Shown here in pieces: positions 37,246-49,136 of a stretch of 64,000 nt of DNA. The position numbers and the translations under genes were made by a program. The DNA is taken from the NCBI RefSeq assembly GCF_006345805.1, contig NC_043026.1:1550001-1614000 (forward strand), written 5' to 3'. Position 1 is the first letter of the stretch. Every line of letters begins with the position of its first letter. The notes below the pieces were generated by a model that saw nothing but the letters and a program-made list of their open reading frames with translations, was not told the DNA's origin and ran no database searches. The DNA comes from Octopus sinensis. Its lineage: Eukaryota.

Positions 37246-39430
37246 ATAAATATATATATATATACACACACACATACTCACACACTTATATTTATATATA
37301 TAAAAACACATACATCCAACCTCATTAAATTAATAGGCACCTTATGCGCTCACACACAAACACATGATCTACTCAGACAGAGGCAACAGATACACAGGGA
37401 CACAACCCCCCCCCAGCCACTCATACACCATCTAAATACTATTACCACTACCACCACACCTACAAAAATAAAAATGATTACTACTACTACACCTACAAGA
37501 GGTAGTTCTTTATGTGGTTGATAGTGCTAATAGAAAGAGCAGCCGAATCTCTTAAATCTCATCATTCGTTTTTAAAAATGAAAGGACAGAAAAGGGAATT
37601 TGTAGAGATTGCTAACAATCACACTACAGATTCACTAATAAAGAGCATGGTTTCCAGTTCAGTTCTACTGTGTGATTTCCTCTATTATAGCCCTGGGCTG
37701 ACCAAAGCCTTGTGGATGAATTTCATAGGTGGAAACTGAAAGCAGCTGGTCCCGTGTGTGTGTGTGTGTGTGGCTCCCACTACCGCTCAGCAACAATTGT
37801 TGGTTTCTTTACATCCCCATAACTTAGCAAAAAAAGACCAACAAAATAAGTGCAAGACTTGAAAATAAGTCCTGGGGTCAATTTGTTCACAATCCAATGA
37901 GTAAAACAAGTAAAAGATAAAAGCTAAAATACACACAAAGGTAAAGAAAAGGGAAAATAAGAAAACTTTTTTAAGCAGACCAAGAATTCTGGTGGTTTGC
38001 TGTGCTTGAGAAGACACATCAAGCTAAGTAAATACATGGTCATCCTTGCATACAGGCTGGTCTCCTACATCCCTCTTCAACTGAGAGTTCCTAATCTTAG
38101 CAGCTGCATAAAAGCAACCAGTACATTATGTGAAGTGGTTGGTGTTAAGTAGGACATGAAGCTGCAGAAACAGGGATGGAGCCTGGCCAGTTCCTATCAA
38201 ACCACATGACCCATGCCAGCATGGAAAATGGACATATGATAGGTGCAGGCATAGCTGTATGCTAAGAAGCTTGCTTCCCAACCACATGGTTCTGGGTTCA
38301 GTCCCACAGCGTGGTACCTTGGTATATCTTCTGATATAGCCTTGGGCTGACCAAAGCCTTGTGAGTGGATTTAGTAGTCAGGATTTGAAAGAAGCCCAGC
38401 ATAAGTGTGTGTTTGCCCCACCACCACCGCTTGACAACTGGTGTTGGTTTGTTTACATCCTTGTAACTTAGCAGTTCATTAGAAACAGACCAAAAGTACC
38501 AGGCTTTAAAATACAAATTTTGGAGTCAATTCATTCGACTAAAATTTCTTCATGACGATGCTCCAGCATGGCCTCAGTCTTATGACTGAAACAGATAGAA
38601 AAAAAGAGAAATTGATAAATAGGGCAATGTAGTCCTAGATACACTATAAATAAAAATTGGGATAGTCACAGCTGGAAGGTGGTCTGCTGCATCAGGTTTA
38701 ACCTAGGGTTAAATGACATTCAGAACCAGTGAGGAAGATTCTATATAATCACTCAACCTGCGAGAAATAGCAAAATCCTGCGGTAAATCACATCATAGGG
38801 TCTTAAAAACAAGAAGACTGAATGAGACAACAAATGTCATCAGCGAAAAACAAAGAAACAATACCAAGATGGGATGGTCATGGTTGAATCACCTTTAATC
38901 ATAGATCGGTTCTTTGATTAGGGAACGCCTTGAAACTAAACAATAGAACACATTGTAGTGACGTCAGAGAAATTTAATCCCAGAATGCAGAGCTGAAACT
39001 AAATGCCACATTTAGTGATGACATTTAACAAATGGACTGCTTTTTGCAAATCTGCGACACTAATTGTTAATTACTATGATCAGAGTGGGTGTAGGTGTGG
39101 CTGTGTGGTAAGAAGCTTGCTTCCCAACCCCATGGTTCCGGGTTCAGTCCCATGGTGTGGCACCTTGGGCAAGACTGAAACAAGTAAAAAAATACATAAA
39201 TGTGTGTGTGTGTGTGAGTATTGTTTTACTTGTTTTACCCAGAACCTTGTGGCTGGGAAGCAAACTGCTTACCTTTCCACACTGAGAGTTTTATGAAGTC
39301 TAAAGAATTAGGGCAAAATATTCAGAAACAGAAGTGTGTTGGCATGGTAACAAGTACATCAGCAGATCCAGAGATAAAGATGTGTACATGTCTATGCAAC
39401 TATTTTTGAGGGTGTATAGATATGAGAGAG

Positions 39431-39462
<32 letters not shown>

Positions 39463-39656
39463 TAGACAGACATAGAGAAATAGAGATGGAGAGAGAGAGA
39501 GAGAGAGTGTGTGTGTGTATTGTTTATACAGTGTGTGGTGTATGTGAGAGAGAGATGTGTATATACATCAATACACATATATAGATGTGTATTTAAGAAA
39601 ACTGAGGTATGAGACGATGATGGTGGTGGTGGTGGTGGTAGTGGTGTGTGAGTATG

Positions 39657-39703
<47 letters not shown>

Positions 39704-40059
39704 AGAGGTGCTTACACACACACACATGACTGAAGTGTATGAGAGAGGTTTGTGCATGTATATACATCAATACACAGACAGCTATGCATATCCCATGCTT
39801 GAGAAACGTATATAGATGTACATACACAGGTAGAGAAACCAGGTGTAGAGATAGAGATATATAGAAATAATTGAGCATGGGAAGTACATATACAGTCAGC
39901 CACCCACTCACCAGCCTCACCCTAAGGATGCTGTCTAAATATGGGCTGACGGTATTTTGCTTGGGGTTTTTTATATACACAATCTGTTACTGATACACAT
40001 GTGTGCATGTCAGTGTGCACACACGATAGAGTGTAAGCGCCCTGAGAGAAATGTTGGAC

Positions 40060-40181
40060 ATATATCTATATATATACACACATATATATATCTATATATA
40101 TATACACACATACATATATATATATATACATATATATATCTATATATGTATATATATATATTATATATATATGTATATATG

Positions 40182-40215
<34 letters not shown>

Positions 40216-40232
40216 ATATATATATATATATA

Positions 40233-40264
<32 letters not shown>

Positions 40265-40286
40265 GTATATATATTATATATGTATA

Positions 40287-40317
<31 letters not shown>

Positions 40318-40420
40318 GTGTGTATATAGGAGTCATACCCAATGACTGGTGTAGCAGCACAATAGTCAACTGCTACAAAGATATGCATATGTTTTATTTA
40401 TTATTATATATATATATAAA
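40060..40420. repeat. (TA)n-rich microsatellite containing a 52-bp RT fragment
   Basis: Directly visible, with the insert at 40329-40380. Confidence 0.9.
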
Positions 40421-41463
40421 CAATTGCAGCGTGGAAGGTGTTTGTAAGCCATTTAAGAAACACACAAAAGCCGTTCGATTCACTTCAACATTTAAGTTTA
40501 ATTTGTCAAAATATTTTCGTCGCTAAAATCCGCGACCTGTTCACTTGGGCTAGAAAAGCCAATTTACAGAGATGTAAACAAACACATTGTTAAGCAGTGG
40601 AGTGGGAACACACACACACACACTTAAGTAGAGAGGATGGGCTTCCACACAGACTTCATCTACCAAAATTCTCTCACAAGGAATTAATCAGCCCAAAGTT
40701 GTAGTAGGTGCCATTCAGTGAGAAGGAAGAACTGAAAAGCAGATGGCTGCAAAGCAAGCTTCTTCATCAACTAATCATGCCTGCACCTATAAAACTGAAG
40801 ACTTCTCAGCAAAGAATTGTATTCTGGTCTCTGGCACGATAGACAAGGGATACTTACCACTATACTATCAAGGATTGTGTGTGTTTCAGTCATTTGACTG
40901 CAGCCATACTGGAGCACTGCTTTGTAGGGTTTTAGTTGAAGAAATCGACCCCAGGGCTTTTTCTTTTCTAAATCAGTCTCTTTGGCCGAACTGCTAAGTT
41001 ACAGGGATGCAAACACACCATCATCTGTTGTCAAGTGATGGTGGGGGGACAGACACAAAGACACACCCACTTATAGATTTATACACACATATATGCACAT
41101 ATATATACGCGACAAGCCTCTTCCAGCTTCTATCTACCAAATCCACTCACAAGGCTTTGGTCTGCCTGGGGCTATAGTAGAAGACACACTGCAGACTGAA
41201 CCTAGAACCATGTGGTTGGGAAGCAAGCCTCTTACCACACAGCCATGCCTGCACCTATATATGTATATACACTTTTGTTTCAGTCATTTGACTGTGGCCA
41301 TGCAGGAGCACTGCCTTTTAGTCGAAGAAATCGACCCCTGGACTTATTCTTTGTAAGCCTGGTACTTATTCTATCAGTCTCTTTTGTTAAACTGCTAAGT
41401 TATGGGGATGTAAACACACCAACATCAGTTGTCAAGTGATAGTGGAGGGACATACACACAAAT

Positions 41464-44400
41464 ATCATCATCATCGTTTAACGTCCGTTTTCCATGCTGG
41501 CATGGGTTGGACGGTTTGACCGGGATCTGGGAAGCCAGAAGGCTGCACCAAGCTCCAGTCTGATCTGGCAGTGTTTCTACAGCTGGATGCCCTTCCTAAT
41601 GCCAACCACTCCGAGAGTGTAGTGGATGCTTTTTACGTGCCACCCGCACAGGTGCCAGGGGAGTCTGGAAGTAGCCACAATCGGTTGGTGCTTTTAACGT
41701 GCCACCGGCACGGAAGCCAGTCAAGGCGGCGCTGGCATCAGCCACACTCGGATAGTGCTTTTTACGTGCCACCGGCACAGGTGCCAGGGGAGGCTGGCAG
41801 CGGACACGATCGGTTGGTGCTTTTTACGTGCCACAAGCACAGAAGCCAGTCAAGGCGGCGCTGGCATCGGCCACGTTCGGATGGTGCTTTTTACGTGCCA
41901 CCGGCACAGGTATCACAACTACTACTTCCATTTGATATTTATTTTGATGTTGATGTACTTGACTCAATGGGTCTCCTCAAGCACAGCAGGTCACCCTACG
42001 ATCCAAGGTAAGCACAGCAGGTCGTTCTGTAATCCAAGGTACTTTGGATGGGCTGGGGCTATGCGAAACTGGTGCAGGAAGCAGCCATGAACTCACATTA
42101 TTTGTTGGGTCTTTGCAATCACAGCATATCTCCAGAGGTCTCGGTCTTTCGTCATTGCCTCTGTGAGGCCCAACGTTCGAAGGTCATTCTTGACTACCAC
42201 CTCCCATATCTTCCTGGGTCTACCTCTCCCCCTGATACCTTCAACTGTTTGGGAGTGGCACTTCTTCACACATCTCTCCTCACCAATCCGCAGTACATGA
42301 CCATACCAGCACAGACATCTCTCTTGCACACCACATCTGATGCTGCTTATGTCCAACATTTCTCTCAGGGCGCTTACACTCTATCGTGTGTGCACACTGA
42401 CATTACACATCCAGTGGATCATGCTAGCTTCATTTCTTTCACGTCTACGCATGTCCTCTGCAGTCACAGCCCATATTTCACTACCGTAAAGCATGCCGGT
42501 TCACACACATGCATCATACAATCTACCTTTCACTCTGAGCGAGAGACCCTTTGTCACCAGTAGGGGTAGGAGCTTTCTAAACTTTGCCCAGGCTATTCGT
42601 ATTCTAGTTGTGATACTCTCTGTGCATCCACCTCCACTACTAACTTGGTCACCCAGGTAGCAGAAACTATCAACTACTTCTAGTTTCTTCCCCTGGAGTG
42701 TGATGGAATCTGTTTTCTGAGTATCTGTGGTGTCTATTGTCCCTGTGCATTTGCCACACATGAAAGCTATCTTATCAGTTAATTTTCCTTTGATGTTGCT
42801 GCACCTCTTATGCGTCCATAGCTTACACTGGGTGCATCTTTTGGAGTTTCTACCTACGCCTTTCCTACAGATCGAGCAGGGCCACCTGCCCAAGGGTGTG
42901 TGTGATGAGTTCGCCTTTCTGCTTACTATAACTTTGGTCTTTGCTACATTTACTCTAAGGTCCTTTGATTCTAACCGTTGCTTCCACACCCGAAATTTCT
43001 TTTCTAGTTCCGGTAGTGATTCTACTATGAAGGCCAGGTCATCAGCATAGAGGAGCTCCCAGGGGAAACCTGTCTTGAATTCCTCTGTTATTGCCTGGAG
43101 GACTATGATGAATAAAAGGGGACTGAGGGGGATGAACCTTCGTGGACCCCTACTTCTACCCGGAATTCTTCACTATATTCGTTGCCAATCCTAACCTTGC
43201 TGACAGCCTCTCTGTATAGGGCCTGAACAGCCCTTATTAGCCATTCGTCAATCTCCAGTTTCCGCATCGACCACCAGATAAGGGATCAAGGGACCCTGTC
43301 AAAGGCTTTCTCCAAGTCCACGAAAGCTATGTAGAGGGGTTTATCTTTAGCTAGGTATTTCTCCTGCAGTTGTCGGACCAGGAATATAGCATGAGTGGTG
43401 CTTCTACCTGGCACAAAACCGAACTGCATCTCATCTAAGCAAATTCTCTCCTTAATGAGATGGGTTATGACCCTCTCTGTAACCTTCATCACCTGATCCA
43501 GCAGTTTGATACCCCTGTAGTTATTTCTATCTAGAGCATCACCTTTACCCTTGTAGCAGTTGACTATAGTGCTGCTACGCCAGTCATTGGGTATGACTCC
43601 ATTATGAACTACCTGGTTTACAATGTGGGTGACTAGGCCGTAGCCCACACCACCAGATGTTTTAAGCATCTCAGCAGTGATTCCTGATAGGCCAGGGGTT
43701 TTCCTGGCTTCATACCCTTAATTGCTTTATCTACTAGGATAGCTGGTCCCTCTACTGGGTCAACATTTGGCAGGCTCTCCTCCTCCCATTCATTCTCCAC
43801 ATTCAGCAGTCTCTCATAATGGCTTCTCCAAGCCTTTTTCTTTTCAGAAACATTGAAAGCAAGTGCACCATCATCCATGCGGACGCATTTCTCTCCTCTG
43901 ACATCACAATTTTCTCTCACACACTGTCTAGCAATCCGAAATACTTCAGTTCTTTGGTCCTCTCGTCGCTGGGCATTGGCAAGCTTCTTTTCTGCTTCAC
44001 CCTTGGCTATGTATACCTGCCGCCCAGCCTCCCTTTTGGCTACCTGGTACAGTTCCCTGCTACCCCCATCTCTCCAGGCTTTCCAGGCCTGTTTCTTTGC
44101 TCTAATGGCTTTGTCTACTGTACTATTCCAACACCATGTAACTCTAGGTCTGGAAGGGACTTTGCACCATCCAGAGACTTGGTCTGTGGCACTCAGCAAG
44201 CTGTCCCGTAGGAATTTCCAGCTACCTTCTATGTCCGATGTCTGTAGCTCCTCCTCCCTCTCATCAAATTTCTTGATGAGGATGTCCCTAAATCTCTGAC
44301 CATGTGATGGGTTCTTTAGCTTCCAAATCCTTCTTTTCTGGATTGGTCTGCTTCTTGGTATCCTTCTGGCCTCAAGCCTAAAGTCACTAATGACTAGCCT

Positions 44401-46012
44401 ATGCTGAAGGGTACATTCTTCCCCCAGGAGGGTCTTTGTATTTAAGAGCAATCCTGCATCCTGCTGTCTGGTGAGGATGAAGTCTATTTGGCTAGCGGAG
44501 TCCCGACTGATAGCTTATAAGGTGGCAGTCTGGCTTCCTGAAGTTAGTGTTGCAGATTAAAAGGTTACATGCATCACAGAACTCCAGTAGCCTAGTCCCC
44601 TTATCATTTCTGGAACCAATACCATGGCCCCCGTGTACCCCAGTGAAGATACCGGATTGCCACCCAACATGCCCATTAAAGTCCCCAGCCACAAAGATGA
44701 GGTCCTTGCCACTCGTCTTTGAGGTAGCCTGTAGAAAGGTATCATAAAAGTGGTCCTTCTGATCATTTGGTAGCCCCGCATGTGGGGCATAGGCAGAGAT
44801 AATCGTAGCTGTGCCGTTCTGTAGGAATAGCCTTAACTTAAGCACTTTATCGCATACCCTGACAACCTCTATGACCTTATCCACATATTTCTCCGCAAGG
44901 AGAATGCCTACATCCCCTACACCATCCATGTTACCTTGCCAGAAGACTTTATACCTATGTGCCTTGCCTGTGAGGATCCTAGCTGAAGCACCTCTCCATC
45001 TTACCTCTTGTATGCAGCATACATTAACCCGTCTCCTTTCAACCATCTCTACAATCTCACTAGATCTACCTTTCAGTGTACCAACATTGACAGTGCCAAC
45101 TCTGAAAACTGGGAAGGTAATGTGGGGTGAGGTTTGGGGAGGAGGGATGTAATTCAGTGCCTGAAAAGAAGAGGGTTGTTGTGGTGATCACTTTTTAGGC
45201 ATTCTTCATCTGATCTCTCTTCCGACCTGACAACATTCAAGCATTTAGGCATGTTAAAATTGTTGCCCCTGCTGTAGGTAGGGGCCAATGTTAACAGCGT
45301 TGTAAGCACAAGCATTAAGGTCATCGATGATGTAGATGTAAGCTATGTGACAGAAATATTGATATTCCAGGTGTTAATAGCATTGTAAGCAAGCATTATG
45401 GTCATCGAATGACGTAGTTTTAAGGTGTAGCAGAGATATGGTTATTCCAGTGTTAGGTTAGGAGGGGTTCAGCTGAAAACTGGTGGCATTTGCAGGGGGG
45501 AAGGGTTCCGGCAGAGAGAAGAGAGAGAGAGAAAGTGGGGGAGGGGTGGAGAAGAGAGAGTGCAGGTAATACATAGTGAAATAGCCCATTGAGGAGGAGG
45601 GGTTGGAAGAATAGTGGTGGTGGGGGAAGGGATCCGGTGTAGATGGTGCGGATATCCGGTATTGGTGATGGGGGTGGGAAAGGGCGGGCGCACCGCGAAT
45701 GGCGAAGTTTTGATAGGGGGCAGAACGGCAAGAGATATGGAACTAGGAATGAGGAGAATTAAGCAATGTAGTAGTAGGAGGAGGATGGAAAGAAATGAAA
45801 GGAGTAGGTGTTAGCTTGCTTTGGACATCGTTGGCCGAGAAATGAATGGAAGGAAACACATGGGGCGAGTTTTTTTTTAAATATAGACCGACCGGAAGCA
45901 AGTTTAGGTTGGGGACAGAGGAAAATGGTAAAAGAAGTTAAAGAGGCTGCGAATGGTGAAGTTTTGATAGGGGGCAGAACGGCAAGAGATATGGAACTAG
46001 GAGGGAGGAGGA
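41464..46012 (-). mobile_element. Nearly full-length RTE-clade LINE (APE + RT), multiply frameshifted
   Basis: APE: VGTVNVGTLKG, CIQEVRWRG, ISAYAP, VAGDFNGHVG, QHRLVISD. RT: NYRGIKLL, EMQFGFVPGRST, FVDLEKAFDRVP, WELLYADDL (about 43030-43060), FCYLGD. Repetitive 3'UTR at 41464-42090 with (GAT)n tail. The putative 5'UTR has internal direct repeats. Confidence 0.93.
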
Positions 46013-46019
46013 GAGTATG

Positions 46020-46067
<48 letters not shown>

Positions 46068-46077
46068 ACAGGCTTCT

Positions 46078-46170
46078 TTCAGTCAGATTGAAACAGAGGC
46101 AGTGACAATTTGGTTTATACATGGGAAACCTTTTCAGTTACTAACAGACCATCACTCATTGCTGACAATC
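46078..46170 (+). mobile_element. Ty3/Gypsy RNase H fragment
   Basis: Translates SQIETEAVTIWFIHGKPFQLLTDHHSLLTI, matching SQIEKEAL...FxHGRxFxLxTDHxPL with an internal deletion. Confidence 0.6.
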
Positions 46171-46441
46171 TGCACATCTGCACCTATATTTACAAAGTGT
46201 GTGTGTGTGTGTGTCTGTACATACGCAGAGGAGTTGGTGGTGTCTGTGACCCAAGAGAATTCATATTTGTTTCTGGCAAATTAGACACAACACATACATT
46301 GAGAGAGAGAGAGAGGTAGGGATGGAAAGAGAGAGGGAACAGGCGGAAGAGAGATAAAAAGCTTGTATATTGGTGAGAGAAACAATGAAAAGAAAATGGG
46401 TGTGTTCATGGATGTATGTGTGCATGAGAAAAAAAGTGGGA

Positions 46442-46474
<33 letters not shown>

Positions 46475-47340
46475 GTATGTGAAAAATGTTATGTGCTGGG
46501 ACAAAATATTGACATTCCAGACTAACACACCCCACAAACCTTTTCATAATTGTGTTGCCTACTTCTAGAAACTAATCAGATAAACTCATTCACCATTCTT
46601 CTTGACAAGTGTGTGTGTGTGTGTTGTGTGTGTGTGTGTGTGCGCATGTAATAGCTAATAAGTCAATGTATATGAATGTTGTAAAGGATAGTAGCATTTC
46701 AGAGTGCTAACCAATTTCACTTGTTTGACCAAATGAACTTCCTGCTTGCTAAATTGTGTTGGTGGCTGAGTACTCCACAGACATATGTACCCTTAATAAA
46801 TCCACAGGCAGAATCAAAATCATATAGTATGTTTGAGAGAGAGAGAGAGAGAGAAACAAAGCTGGATTTTTGAAGTACAGCTACAACCAATTTTGAATGA
46901 CCGATTCAACAAAGTCCTACTCAAAATAAACAATATCATCAAAAGCTTGAAGCTATAAGATAATGCAGGATTAATTCAAATTAAATATATTTGAGAAAGA
47001 AATCTGAATTCTAAAGGATTAAGCTTTCTGTCAATTAGTATCTTTTGAATTTCTAGACCCCCACTTCATTTTCCCTCTTTGTAGTCCCTTACATTACAAT
47101 GGCTTCGAGCCTTAAAGAAACAAGAATGCGTGGGTGTTTGTGTCTCCTTGCCTTGATAATGCATCCTTGTCATAAATGAATGTCATTCCTTTCAAATATT
47201 CAGTAAAAACATATTCTGGCCATTGGGAGGGGGATATTACTTTTGCTTGAAACAAGTGAGGGTTAGTGACAGAAAGGACATCCAGCCATAGAAATTCTGC
47301 CTCAATAAACTCATCTGATCCTTGAAAGCATGAAAAAGTG

Positions 47341-47879
47341 GGCAGAATTCTGGTTTAAACACCCTATACAACCCCTCTTAACTATTTTTAGTTTTTGAAA
47401 TTTTCGTGAAACTTTTGCGAATTTGTATTCTACACACAGGAATTCATGAGTATTTAAAAATATAAATTTTTTTTAATTTTTGTAAGCCCCAACCCCACAA
47501 ATCCTAAAATTTCCACTTTTTGTTGAATTTTTAAAAATTTGTGTTTAAAATAGACAGTCCTAGTATTTTGTTTAAATCCCAACAATGGAACGGTCTTGGG
47601 TGCATCCTCATTTCATTGTGTTTATGGGGAGAAAAATATCGAAAAACATCAATACATATCAGTGACAAATAAAAAGTAAGGTATCAGGCGGTCGTGAGAT
47701 GTGCTAAAAATAACAGCTAAATTGCCTTTAATCTGACACGAAAAAATATTTGCTTATTTTTGCACAATTGTATGAATTCTCGTGTTTAGAAGACAAATTT
47801 GAAAAAATTTGAGGGAAAAATTCCAAAAACTAGAAAAGTCATGAGGGGTTCTATGGGCTGTTTAAACCAGAATTCTGCC
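47341..47879. mobile_element. MITE with long imperfect TIRs and 8-bp TSD (Merlin-like)
   Basis: Perfect 21-bp termini ggcagaattctggtttaaaca / tgtttaaaccagaattctgcc, with flanks aaaaagtg / aaaaattg. It splits the tail of an RTE-type repeat (catgaaaaagtg...gacattaagacgatgat). Confidence 0.85.
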
Positions 47880-48907
47880 AAAAATTGGACATTAAGACGA
47901 TGATAAACCCTTAACATAAGACAGAATCAGTGTGAACAGTGTAGTGTGACATGACTAACCTTTGAATTGCAGGCATGCTAGCATGGAAAACAGACATACA
48001 GTGATGATGTCATCATTGGAATTTTGAAATTATAAGATAATGCAGGATTAATTCAGAACATTGTGAACAAATGCACATTACATTTGACAGATTAATCTGA
48101 ATGCTAAAGGGTTAACGAGTCGTCATCATCACCGTTTTCTTGACCAATATTCCATGTCTGCATGAGTCACATGAGATTCACTGAGGTAGCTGGGTACTCT
48201 TCCTGTTGCCAACCCTCACCTAATCCAAAGATTATATAGTTCTTCAAACATGAGCAACATGTGGAAGATGGCAAAATGTGTGTTGTTTGTGAAATTCAAA
48301 CAACATCTAACATGAGTGGCACAAGTCCACAATGTTTCTTTTTGTTTTGCTTTTTTCTCAGACCAAGGGTGGGGGACAATCAACTTAACTGACTTCAGTC
48401 CTTCTCAGGTACTTATTAATTTACTAGTATGCCCATGAAAATGATACGTAAAATAAAATAACAATAAAACCATTACGACCATTATCTCCGTAATTGCCTC
48501 AAAACCACGTTTCTCGTGAAAACCCTCCCAGCAATGAGTTTGCCTTGTTTTGGAGGGTCCGCTTCAGTGTTAATTCTTACATTCTTCTCCTCGATATTCT
48601 CCTTTCGATTTCCCTCCTTTGCGCTGCTTCCTCTTCCGTTTCCTCTCGTCGCCTTTGTGATGCTCTCCTTCTTAGATATTCTCTCCTCACAACTCCTTGC
48701 TCTTCTATTTCATCTTGGTGCTTTTATACTGCTCTCTCTCTCTCTTTGGATATCTCACCTTTGTGCAATGAGGGGCTCCCTTTCATTTTGACCTCTTCCA
48801 GCCTCTCTTCTTGCATCTTGCCCTCATCTCACTTCTCGTGATTGATTTAATAACCTTAATGTATCGTTTAATCTTCCTGCATCCTGAGTGAGACTGGCTG
48901 ATCTTCA

Positions 48908-48944
<37 letters not shown>

Positions 48945-49105
48945 CTAACCATCGCCTTCTGTCTGATTCACTCTTCATAGCAGGTGGATAAGTATATTTG
49001 TGTGTGTGCCTATGTTAGTTTGTTTATGTTTCTATACATAACCATACAAAGTCCAAAATTACATTAACAGCAAACACAAACTTTCTTTTTCCAGCATCGT
49101 CTATG

Positions 49106-49136
<31 letters not shown>

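Noticed and set aside
48494-48841. Hydrophobic plus-strand ORFs as a membrane protein
   Set aside because: They have non-ATG starts, and their composition is explained by the pyrimidine-rich strand of a GA-rich region.
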